64,000 nt of DNA. Source: an uncultured Gammaproteobacteria bacterium. Its GTDB lineage: Bacteria; Patescibacteriota; Microgenomatia; Daviesbacterales; UBA10151. This document shows positions 16,090-24,633 of the stretch, piece after piece (position 1 is the first letter of the stretch; every line of letters starts with the position of its first letter). Below the pieces are notes generated by a model. It ran no database searches and had not been told where the DNA came from. It was given only the letters and a program-made list of their open reading frames with translations. The translations under genes were made by a program, and so were the position numbers. The stretch lies in contig CAZWRN010000001.1 of assembly GCA_964636275.1 (NCBI GenBank), positions 22,070 to 86,069 on the forward strand. The letters run 5' to 3'.

Positions 16090-17880
16090 ATGAACTTACC
16101 TTTTAGCAGTAATAAAAAAAGTTATGCGTCAAATATTAAAGGGACTGCGGCTGAAGCACCGAAAGATCCTAGTGTGAATGGACAAACTTTTAGTTTAGAT
16201 GACGCCATTGCTCCCAAAGAGATCGAAATTGATTTTAGTTATCTACGAATGGATGACAAATACTACCGATCTTTTTTCGTCTCAGGTTATCCCCGCTATG
16301 TTGAACCAAACTGGCTTGAGCCGCTGATTAGTTTTGAACACTCACTAACTCTATCGATGTTTATTTATCCATCATCCAGTAAGAATATTTTGGATGATCT
16401 GAAAAGAAAGATCGCCGAGATGGAGGCTACTATTCAGACAGATATGGAGCGTGGCCGAGCAATAGATCCGGCTGTTCAGGTTGCTTTGGATGATGCTAAA
16501 TCACTCCAAGAACAGTTGGTTAAAGGGGCCGAAAGGTTTTTCCGGCTAGGACTTTATGTCACAGTCCCCTCTTCCAATCTTGAAGAGTTAAACAATATTT
16601 CCAAACTTGTTGAATCAACATTGGGATCTTTATCTATTCAACCTCGGGTGATGACCCTTCAGATGGCTGAAGCTTTTAACGCCACAATGCCGATCGATCG
16701 GGATATTTTAAAGCTCAATCACAACATGGACACAACATCCCTAGCGACAACTTTCCCGTTTACAACTTCAGAGCTGACTTCAGAAACGGGTATTATTTAT
16801 GGCATCAATGAACACAATGGCTCTTTGATTATTTTTGACCGTTTTTCATTGGAAAATGCTAATTCGGTGATTTTTGCTAAGTCCGGATCTGGTAAGTCCT
16901 ACTTTGTCAAACTCGAGGCTTTACGCTATATGATGTTTGGTTCGCAGGTGATTGTGATTGATCCTGAACATGAATATTTAAAGCTCTGTCAGGCTGTGGG
17001 AGGGCAATATATAGATTTTTCATCAGAGTCTCCGGTCAAGATAAATCCCTTTGATCTATCCAATGTCACAGAAGAGGGAGAAAATGAGCTGGGAAGAAAG
17101 ATTCTGACACTTACCGGATTTTTAAAACTCGTCTTGGGCCAGTTGGACGCTTCTCAGCAGGCAATTTTAGACCGGGCTTTGATTACAACGTATCGCCTCA
17201 AAGGAATAACCCAGGACCCAAAAACACAACATTTACCGCCACCATTAATGGAAGATCTCTATAAAGTACTGGTGGGTATGGAAGACAAAAGTGCCCAGGA
17301 GCTGGCTTATCGCCTAGAACGATTTATTAAAGGATCATTAGCTGGTATTTTTAGTGCTCCCTCTAATATTAACTTGAACAATCAGCTGATTGTTTTTTCG
17401 GTTCGTGATTTGGCAGATCAGTTGAGGCCTCTGGCGATGTATCTGATATTGGATTATATCTGGACCAAGATCAGACGAGAGATCTCCAAAAGATTGCTGA
17501 TCGTAGATGAGGCCTGGTACATGATGCAAAATGAGGATTCAGCTGAATTTTTGGTAGGTATAGCCAAAAGAGCCCGCAAATATTATTTAGGAGTTACTAC
17601 AATTACCCAGGATGTGGAAGACTTTTTAGGAACAGATCGTGGAAAGGCGATTATATCCAACTCTTCGATTCAGATATTACTTAAACAAGCTCCGGCCTCT
17701 ATTGGAAAAGTAGCTGAAACTTTTAATTTATCTGATGGGGAAAAATTGTTGTTGCTCTCAGCTGGAGTAGGACAAGGACTCTTCTTTGCCGGACAAACCC
17801 ATGTCGCGATGAGTGTAGTTGCTTCTCCAGAAGAACATCGACTGATCACCACCAATCCGTCTGAAGTGTTTAAGAAATAA
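16090..17880 (+). CDS. Type IV secretion ATPase, VirB4/TrbE/CagE family
   Basis: Walker A VIFAKSGSGKSYFVK, Walker B LLIVDEAWYMM, upstream GYPRYVEPNWLEPLI signature of the CagE_TrbE_VirB domain; start chosen at MNLPF (16090) because the track start lies inside the repeat element. Confidence 0.8.
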   Translation: MNLPFSSNKKSYASNIKGTAAEAPKDPSVNGQTFSLDDAIAPKEIEIDFSYLRMDDKYYRSFFVSGYPRYVEPNWLEPLISFEHSLTLSMFIYPSSSKNILDDLKRKIAEMEATIQTDMERGRAIDPAVQVALDDAKSLQEQLVKGAERFFRLGLYVTVPSSNLEELNNISKLVESTLGSLSIQPRVMTLQMAEAFNATMPIDRDILKLNHNMDTTSLATTFPFTTSELTSETGIIYGINEHNGSLIIFDRFSLENANSVIFAKSGSGKSYFVKLEALRYMMFGSQVIVIDPEHEYLKLCQAVGGQYIDFSSESPVKINPFDLSNVTEEGENELGRKILTLTGFLKLVLGQLDASQQAILDRALITTYRLKGITQDPKTQHLPPPLMEDLYKVLVGMEDKSAQELAYRLERFIKGSLAGIFSAPSNINLNNQLIVFSVRDLADQLRPLAMYLILDYIWTKIRREISKRLLIVDEAWYMMQNEDSAEFLVGIAKRARKYYLGVTTITQDVEDFLGTDRGKAIISNSSIQILLKQAPASIGKVAETFNLSDGEKLLLLSAGVGQGLFFAGQTHVAMSVVASPEEHRLITTNPSEVFKK

Positions 17881-17940
17881 GAAGAGACGATAGATGATCG
17901 AAGATAGGGGTAGAAGGTAGATGATAGCAGGTAGATACTT

Positions 17941-18303
17941 TTAGTAACTTTTCCATTTATCTCTTAAATTTACAATCTTTCCTCCCACTAACTCATATCG
18001 CTTAATTAGTTCGCTACATTTCTCTTGATCTAGATACTTCAAATCTTTTGCTATATTTAAATGTACTTCCATCTCATTACAGGATCCCAATGCTCTATCT
18101 AGTGATACCTTGAATTCTTTCTCAAAGCGTCTTTTCGCCCATCCTTCAGCAATATTTGCAGGAGGAGACTTAGTACATCTTCTCATTTGAGAAGCCAGAT
18201 CATTCTTTTCAAAAGATGGAAGCAATACACACAACTTCATTACTTCGATAGCCAACTCATAACATTCTTTATATACATCTAAATCCTTGAAGCTCTGAAT
18301 CAT
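17941..18303 (-). CDS. Four-helix-bundle protein (23S rRNA intervening-sequence protein family)
   Basis: FKDLDVYKECYELAIEV...LPSFEKNDLASQMRRCTKSPPANIAEGWAKRRFEKEFKVSLDRALGSCNEMEVHLNIA matches the family pattern (DL.VW.kA..L......LP..E...L..Q.rRaa.Si..NIAEG..R...keF..fL.iA.GS..E....L). Confidence 0.65.
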   Translation of the reverse strand: MIQSFKDLDVYKECYELAIEVMKLCVLLPSFEKNDLASQMRRCTKSPPANIAEGWAKRRFEKEFKVSLDRALGSCNEMEVHLNIAKDLKYLDQEKCSELIKRYELVGGKIVNLRDKWKSY

Positions 18304-18421
18304 ATCTGCGGATTCTATAAGTTCTATTCTCTATTTTCAATCCTCCACCACTATTTTCTATCTTCAATACTCTATTTTCTTTAAGTTGTCTCTCCTCCAT
18401 CTTTTCAGCTAAACTAGAGGC

Positions 18422-20374
18422 ATGGCTGCCCGCGATTCTGCTTCACTGTCTCGCAACGATTATTTGGCACTTTTCTATGCTTTGCAGGAGCTGCGCTCAG
18501 AGCCTAGCCAGCTCAGAATTTTAAAATCTCACATCTCGAGCGGCCGTTTTTACAATCAACCTTTGCCAAATATGATCCGACATATGCAAATACTTTTGCA
18601 GAGTAAGGATCCTAATCGGAAATTTCCGCAAACTCTCCGGAAAGAGGATGTGCCTGAATACTTTGAATCGCTTTTACGCGAGGTTAATAGCCATACTGAA
18701 CATGATTTTTATGGAAATATTGAACGTGGCATCAAGCAAAATATTTGGGAAAATATTCCGAGTCCGATAGCTGCACCAGTTCAAACTCCCCAGATGACAG
18801 ATGTCCCAGCAGCGACTGAATCACCCACGCCATCCGAGCCAGAAGAGGCCGTGCCAGAGCCGGAAAAAAAGTCTGAGCCGATAAAGCGTTTTAAGGCTGG
18901 CGGGACTCATTCTGAACCGATAAAAAAAGATGAGGGGCATAAAGATCAGCCACAGGCAAAAACTACCCCCAAAAAAAATATCTACCAGAGAGTAAAATCT
19001 TTTTTTACAACATCATCAACCCCTCAGCCTTCAACTTCGAGTGCTCCCTCAACAACGGCTACTAATAATACTCGGATTGTTGTGGCTAAAGCCAGACAAA
19101 CAGTTGGACAGGTACTCAGCAATCCGGTAAAAGATCTTGGCAGTCAGATCGTGAGACAGATCATCCGTCATCCTTTACTAAAAAAACGGGTAGTAACTGC
19201 TGGGATAGGGGCGATCGGCGGATATTATTTTGGCGGGGCACCGGGAGCAGGGGTTGGAGCTGTCCTGGGAGGGTTGTTAGGGCCAAATATCTCCACAACC
19301 ATAGGTGATGTTCTGACTGGAGGAAGAAGTAGCTCTTCCCTTTCGACGGGTACTCCAACAGCGCCAGATGATACATCAGGTGACGCACCTTCAGGTGGTG
19401 GGGGAGGGAGTAACTTTTTCCGCAACCGAGCTTTAAATACTGCGCGTAATTTAGCCAATCAGGCGGCTCGACGAGCCATCATTGCCGGTGGGCGAACTTT
19501 TTTAGCCGCCAACGCCTGGTGGATTATTTTGGTGATAGTTGTGGGGATTTTGCTACTGGTGGCGCTGTTGTTGATGCTCTGCATTCTCCCCTGGTCCGGC
19601 TGCAGTACCGGTGGATTAAATGGTGATGTAAAAAAGAATTTTTCTATTCAAAAATCAGCCCCTCAGGCTGTTGATAATGGATCTCCAATTGAATATAAAA
19701 TTGAAGTTATTAATAAAGGAAATCAAAATGCCTCAGTCACCGTTGTAGATAATCTCCCTGATGGAACTATTTATCAAACTGGAAATAACGATCCGGCTAC
19801 TGACCAAAATACTTCAAAAAAAATTCAATGGACAATTAATGACCTAGGTCCTGGACAGAAGAAAGATCTGACTTTCACCGTAGTTCCTCAAATCCCTGAT
19901 ACATGGATAGTTAATCAGACATCTGCAAATATTAAGTTGCTTGGAAATTCAAGTAGCGGTAATGTCAATATTCCGGGAAATATCCCCCCTACCGCAAACA
20001 ATTGCAATGGTACCTATCCTCTTAAAAATCCATTAGGTAACTTTGGTGATCCAAAGTGTGATTTTAATAAAGATGCCCTATACCAAATACTTCAGCAATT
20101 GGATCCTACAAACGCTACCTACTGGTTTACTAAAGTTGCTCGATGTGAAAGTAACTATTCTCCGAATGCCTATGCAGATCCAATTGCTGTAGGAACACCC
20201 GATCCTATAGGGGCCTGGGGGCTTTTCCAAATGGGACGGGGTAAGAATGGCGAATTTGACCATGGAGATGTTATCTGGCAACTTCAAACAAGTAATGCAG
20301 TGAATTATAACAACAATATTTCTAAGCTTGGGTTAGCCTGGCGATATTGGCAGTGCGCCAATGACAGATGGTAA
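18422..20374 (+). CDS. Membrane-anchored cell-wall hydrolase: N-terminal cytoplasmic region, Gly-zipper/TM, DUF11-like repeat domain, C-terminal Rpf/SLT-like transglycosylase (VirB1-like role)
   Basis: GIGAIGGYYFGGAPGAGVGAVLGGLLG then TM WWIILVIVVGILLLVALLLML; IEYKIEVINKGNQNASVTVVDNLPDG (DUF11-like); VARCESNYSPNAYADPIAVGTPDPIGAWGLFQM (the CES...GLFQ transglycosylase-like motif). Confidence 0.6.
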   Translation: MAARDSASLSRNDYLALFYALQELRSEPSQLRILKSHISSGRFYNQPLPNMIRHMQILLQSKDPNRKFPQTLRKEDVPEYFESLLREVNSHTEHDFYGNIERGIKQNIWENIPSPIAAPVQTPQMTDVPAATESPTPSEPEEAVPEPEKKSEPIKRFKAGGTHSEPIKKDEGHKDQPQAKTTPKKNIYQRVKSFFTTSSTPQPSTSSAPSTTATNNTRIVVAKARQTVGQVLSNPVKDLGSQIVRQIIRHPLLKKRVVTAGIGAIGGYYFGGAPGAGVGAVLGGLLGPNISTTIGDVLTGGRSSSSLSTGTPTAPDDTSGDAPSGGGGGSNFFRNRALNTARNLANQAARRAIIAGGRTFLAANAWWIILVIVVGILLLVALLLMLCILPWSGCSTGGLNGDVKKNFSIQKSAPQAVDNGSPIEYKIEVINKGNQNASVTVVDNLPDGTIYQTGNNDPATDQNTSKKIQWTINDLGPGQKKDLTFTVVPQIPDTWIVNQTSANIKLLGNSSSGNVNIPGNIPPTANNCNGTYPLKNPLGNFGDPKCDFNKDALYQILQQLDPTNATYWFTKVARCESNYSPNAYADPIAVGTPDPIGAWGLFQMGRGKNGEFDHGDVIWQLQTSNAVNYNNNISKLGLAWRYWQCANDRW

Positions 20375-20978
20375 AGTAAAAGTTATGAAAATTGAAAATA
20401 TTTTTGCAAATAAAAAAATAGCCTTAGTTATTGTTGTTTTGCTTGTTTTACTTTTAATAGCGTTTTTATTGCGACTTATATTCTCTTCCCCTAAATCATC
20501 CATCCCACCAGTTATTGATGTCCCAAAAGCTTCATTTTCTCCATCGCCAAGAATAGTCGGCCAGCCTTTTCCATCTGTAATTTCATCTACCCCATCAGCT
20601 CAAATCAAATCACTTGTATATAAACCGGGGGAGTTGACTAAAGATTATGAACGAATCAGTTCTCACCCACCCCTTTCTTCAGCAGATCAAACAGTTAAAA
20701 CGAACCTCTTAAGGCCCTTGAATTCCCAGTCGGGGGTTGTAGCAAGTACCAATCAATTTAGAATCGAGTACGTCAAAAGTCCTGATTTGTTTATGATTGA
20801 AGTAAGAAGCATCAACCCCAATATTGGAAAAAATGCCGCTGAACAATATTTAAAGGATCAGGGACTTAGTACTTCAGGGGTTTGTAATCTGCCGGTACTA
20901 TTTTATCTCAGTCAGCAAGTTCAAGATGATTTAATTTCAAAAGGACAGACTTTCAATCCAATACCGACAGGATGTTAA
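20361..20978 (+). CDS. Membrane-anchored extracytoplasmic protein (possible VirB8-like scaffold)
   Basis: N-terminal TM IALVIVVLLVLLLIAFLLRLIF followed by about 170 aa extracellular; role inferred only from context. Confidence 0.35.
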   Translation: MTDGKVKVMKIENIFANKKIALVIVVLLVLLLIAFLLRLIFSSPKSSIPPVIDVPKASFSPSPRIVGQPFPSVISSTPSAQIKSLVYKPGELTKDYERISSHPPLSSADQTVKTNLLRPLNSQSGVVASTNQFRIEYVKSPDLFMIEVRSINPNIGKNAAEQYLKDQGLSTSGVCNLPVLFYLSQQVQDDLISKGQTFNPIPTGC

Positions 20979-20979
20979 A

Positions 20980-22305
20980 ATGCAAAAAAATATAAAAATA
21001 ATATTATTTATACTTAGTGTTTTCTTTGTCAGCCAACTCCGACCGGTTCAAGCTCAGGAACCAGTAGATTTTCCCACAATCATACCCAAAGTGTCCTGTC
21101 CGGTGATCGGTGGTTCTATACTAACCCCTTCATTTCAAGCTGATCCAGTCAAAGGGCATTGTGGAAGTGATTATGGATATTCCTGCACTTGCGGAAATTC
21201 AGGTCGTAGAGCTAAAGCTATAGATATTCCCACCACTCCAGATACAGATGTTGTTCTGCCAAAAATCGAGGGTGAAGACATTACATGGACACTAATTGAA
21301 ACTCTTTGTGCCGGATCAGGTTTATATCCCAACTGCAGTGATAGTAATGGCGGAACAGGCGGGATGATAACATTTGTAGGTATTAATCCCTCTAGACCTA
21401 ACGACAAATGGTATATTCAGTTTCTTCATCTCAAAGTATCAACAATTTTGGTAGAAAAAGGAGGTTCGTATTCACCAGGAACTGTAGTTGGAAAAACCGA
21501 TATATCAGCCCATGTCCACACTACTATAGGTAAAAACCTGAACGTAAGTGGTGACAATATTTCAGGTGCTGCAGACTGTGATGCCAATTGGCTACCTTCT
21601 GACTTTATTTGTGACCCCTCCAAACAACCAACAACTATCCCTGAAGCCAAACCGGTTGGGGCTGCAGCTGGTGAAATAAAAAGTAATTATGCATGTACCA
21701 AAGTTGGAACTCCCAAAGAAGATATGCCTGCGATCTGCAAAAACCAGGCACTTCCTCAATTTGGAGAAGCAGGCAATTTTACCTATTACTGCCAGGGGGA
21801 TGACCGTTGGCAAAAATTTGCCTGTAGCGTTGGAAAGGTTGGCTGTGGTGCTACATCAGCCGCCATGATTACTACCTATTTTGGACAAACTCTTACTCCG
21901 GCTGATGTGTTTGGTGATTTTTTAAATTCTGGCGCATTAACATGTGGAGACGGGATCTATCCAGACAGAGTGTTAAACTGGTTTAGGAATAATGGCTATG
22001 AAGTGGGGCCGAGCGTAGTCGCTGGAGGCACTCTAGATGCTGTCGCTGCTAAAAATTATATTGACAAGGGATATCTGATCTTGGGATCCTCGCATAATTT
22101 TAGAGGACAGAGTGGCGCGACATTTAGCCATGTGTTTGTTGTTCAAAATGTGGACCCACAGACCGATACTTTTATCATGCGTGATCCGGAAAATTGCGCT
22201 TATGGGCCGGGAACAGAGCTGGCTCAAAATAATGTTCAACCGATCAAAAGCGATAAGATTCCAAGCTGGGCATATGCCTATCCGATTAAAAAAGGAGGTA
22301 ATTAG
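20980..22305 (+). CDS. Secreted cysteine-rich two-domain hydrolase: degenerate M23/LytM-like N-domain plus C39-like (Peptidase_C39_2) papain-fold C-domain
   Basis: Signal peptide; YIQFLHLKVS...GTVVGKTDISAHVHTTIG resembles the M23 HxH region; CSVGKVGCGATSAAMITTYFG (Cys nucleophile) and SHNFRGQSGATFSHVFVV (His) fit the C39-like domain. Confidence 0.5.
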   Translation: MQKNIKIILFILSVFFVSQLRPVQAQEPVDFPTIIPKVSCPVIGGSILTPSFQADPVKGHCGSDYGYSCTCGNSGRRAKAIDIPTTPDTDVVLPKIEGEDITWTLIETLCAGSGLYPNCSDSNGGTGGMITFVGINPSRPNDKWYIQFLHLKVSTILVEKGGSYSPGTVVGKTDISAHVHTTIGKNLNVSGDNISGAADCDANWLPSDFICDPSKQPTTIPEAKPVGAAAGEIKSNYACTKVGTPKEDMPAICKNQALPQFGEAGNFTYYCQGDDRWQKFACSVGKVGCGATSAAMITTYFGQTLTPADVFGDFLNSGALTCGDGIYPDRVLNWFRNNGYEVGPSVVAGGTLDAVAAKNYIDKGYLILGSSHNFRGQSGATFSHVFVVQNVDPQTDTFIMRDPENCAYGPGTELAQNNVQPIKSDKIPSWAYAYPIKKGGN

Positions 22306-22310
22306 TAACT

Positions 22311-22754
22311 ATGAATAGATTTCAAATGTTTCTCATGATATTTATAATTATCTTAGCCTTTATCGTTTTTATTAGCTTTATCTTTTTCTCTAATGCTCCA
22401 TTCCCTTCTGAGCCTACACCAATCCCTTCAGCGTCAACAACACCAGTCCAAAGAGTTATTGATGATAAAAGTGTGGAGCTTCATCCAAATAACGGTGTCT
22501 ATCAGACAATCTCCTCGGCAGCAGCGGAACAGATTGACCAGGATACTAAAATTGGCCAGTTAATAAAAAAATTACCACATCGATCGGAGAATTTTTCGCT
22601 TGTATATGATATAGACACTAATTCTTTTATTGCTGAACTTTCTCCCACCAGAAGAGCTCAGGCAAATAGAGAACTAGATCAATTTTTGGAAGAAAACGGT
22701 ATAATGGATAGAGATTGGTTATATAATTTAAGCATTAAACAACAAACCTACTAA
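22311..22754 (+). CDS. Small membrane-anchored hypothetical protein
   Basis: N-terminal TM FLMIFIIILAFIVFISFIFF then a hydrophilic domain. Confidence 0.4.
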   Translation: MNRFQMFLMIFIIILAFIVFISFIFFSNAPFPSEPTPIPSASTTPVQRVIDDKSVELHPNNGVYQTISSAAAEQIDQDTKIGQLIKKLPHRSENFSLVYDIDTNSFIAELSPTRRAQANRELDQFLEENGIMDRDWLYNLSIKQQTY

Positions 22755-22758
22755 GTTT

Positions 22759-23205
22759 ATGAGTACTAAAGCTAAAATCATTGCAGTTATCGTCGCTATC
22801 GGAGCAATCTTGATTGCCGTATTTCAGTTTGGTCTGGGTGGGCCAGCGACTGAAAGAGGATCGGAGGTCTCCCAAACTGATTCTCCAGTCGTCGTATCTA
22901 CCAATCCTCCAACAATGAAAGAGAAGAAAACCGTAGTTGTGCTCCCAACTCAGCCAATTGAGATCACTTTCAATCAACCATTAGAAAATGTACCAGAAAC
23001 ACGAATTACCATTGAACCAAAAGCTGATTACAAAGTTGAATTGTCAGGAGATAAAAAAACTATCAAAATAATCCCTGTAACCCCCTATTCTTTGGGGCAA
23101 GGTTACTCGCTTTTTATCAAAGCTGATACCAAATTTGACGGTAAAAAGACTTTAGGTTCAGATGTGGATTTTCATTTTGCAACCATTAGTTATAACGGAG
23201 TTTAA
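22759..23205 (+). CDS. Small membrane-anchored protein with an Ig-like beta domain
   Basis: N-terminal TM IIAVIVAIGAILIAVF; beta-rich C-terminus (ITIEPKADYKVELSGDKKTIKIIPV). Confidence 0.4.
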   Translation: MSTKAKIIAVIVAIGAILIAVFQFGLGGPATERGSEVSQTDSPVVVSTNPPTMKEKKTVVVLPTQPIEITFNQPLENVPETRITIEPKADYKVELSGDKKTIKIIPVTPYSLGQGYSLFIKADTKFDGKKTLGSDVDFHFATISYNGV

Positions 23206-23296
23206 ATTTGTATTTCTCCATGCGCGTAAAGCTGCTTAGTCAAAAAAGATTGTTTTATTATTCTTGTTCGAGCGAAGTCGAGAACTTCATTTTAAT

Positions 23297-24409
23297 CTAA
23301 CTTAAGCGGATTGGCATAATCACATATTCCAGTCCTTCGATGCCTTCTGGTTTGATTAAAGCCGCAGAGAGATTTCCGGAAAATTCAATCCTGACTTTTT
23401 CGGAATTTACTGAAGACAAAGCATCTGTCAGGTATTTAGCATTAAAGGCGATCTGGATCGGGTTTTGCCCCGTCTGAGCCTCTATTTCAGTCTCTTGCTC
23501 CCCTACTTCTCTGGCCTGAGAAGAGATTTTTATTTTTCCTTCCAAAGTCTCCATTTTGATAACATTCGCTTCTGTTTTAGCAAAAACCGATGCCAACTTG
23601 ACGGCTTTTAATAAATCTGTTCGATCGATATGGGTGATATTTTGAAATTCAGTCGGAACTATTTTTTCCCAGGATGGAAAATTACCCTCAATCAGCCGAG
23701 AAGAAGCCTGTGTATCCCCTACTTTAAAAATAATCTGGTTGTCACTGGTTCCAATCTCAACCAGTCCTGATTCCGACTTTTCAATATCTTCGCTAATCAG
23801 CCTGACAACTTCTTCTAGGGTTCTTCTGGGTATCAGAGATCTAAATGGTTGATCAGTTTCACTCTCGAGGCTCATTTTTTTGTGAGCCAGCCGAAAACCA
23901 TCAGTTGCAACCAACTCTAAGGTATGTTTGGTAATCTCGGTTAATATTCCAGTTAAAACAGGTCTGCCGTCATCAGCTGCAGCAGCAAAGGCGATCTGAG
24001 GGACAGAATCTTTTAGTACCGCAGCTTGAACAGAGGCGGCTTTTTCTCCGGCCAATGGTATAGCTGGAAACTCGGCAGACGAGATACCATTTAAAGTGAC
24101 ATTAAAGTTTTTAGCTGAAATTCGAAGTTGTTCGCCGCCGGATTCGAGAGTTAGTTCTAAGCCACTTAAAGACGAGATGATCTCTTGAAATGTTTTAGCT
24201 GGTACTGTTAGATCCCCTTCTTCTTCCACGCTTGCATTAATCGATTTAACAACACCAATTTCCAGATTGGTAGCAGATAAAACTAATTTATTTCCCTGAG
24301 CCTGTAACAGGATATTGGCCAAAACAGGTAAAGTGGTACGAATTCCGACTGATCTTGAAACAGCTTGTAGTGGACCATTTAAATCTGATTGTTGAATTTT
24401 TAATCGCAT
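23297..24409 (-). CDS. dnaN: DNA polymerase III beta subunit (sliding clamp)
   Basis: MRLKIQQSDLNGPLQAVSRSVGIRTTLPVLANILLQAQGNKLVLSATNLEIG and full-length clamp; start set at the internal Met (24409) since the track extension runs into the repeat element. Confidence 0.93.
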   Translation of the reverse strand: MRLKIQQSDLNGPLQAVSRSVGIRTTLPVLANILLQAQGNKLVLSATNLEIGVVKSINASVEEEGDLTVPAKTFQEIISSLSGLELTLESGGEQLRISAKNFNVTLNGISSAEFPAIPLAGEKAASVQAAVLKDSVPQIAFAAAADDGRPVLTGILTEITKHTLELVATDGFRLAHKKMSLESETDQPFRSLIPRRTLEEVVRLISEDIEKSESGLVEIGTSDNQIIFKVGDTQASSRLIEGNFPSWEKIVPTEFQNITHIDRTDLLKAVKLASVFAKTEANVIKMETLEGKIKISSQAREVGEQETEIEAQTGQNPIQIAFNAKYLTDALSSVNSEKVRIEFSGNLSAALIKPEGIEGLEYVIMPIRLS

Positions 24410-24413
24410 AATG

Positions 24414-24470
24414 GAATAAACCAATAACCCAATAGACAAATAAACCAATTCTTGAATTAAGAATTCGCTG
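24414..24470. repeat. CCAAT-rich element, copy C (left arm), abutting the dnaN start
   Basis: aataaaccaataacccaatagacaaataaaccaattcttgaattaagaattcg. Confidence 0.6.
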
Positions 24471-24580
24471 TTTTTGGATAATTGTTTAAAGTGTTTTTTG
24501 GTAATTTTTCAACCGCTTTAAGAACTTCAACAACGAATTCAAAAATTCTTTCATATATATCGTGTTTATATTCATTATTC

Positions 24581-24629
24581 GCCATTTGTTTATTGGGTTA
24601 TTTGTATATTTGTTTATTCAGTAAATGGC
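24581..24629. repeat. CCAAT-rich element, copy D (right arm, ATTGG orientation)
   Basis: gccatttgtttattgggttatttgtatatttgtttattcagtaaatggc, closely matching the right arm of copy A. Confidence 0.6.
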
Positions 24630-24633
24630 AGAT

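Noticed and set aside
1-23205. Island as an integrative conjugative element, plasmid insertion or prophage
   Set aside because: No integrase, relaxase, VirD4 coupling protein, terminase or capsid gene, tRNA attachment site or flanking direct repeats was recognisable. The base composition looks similar to the rest of the window.
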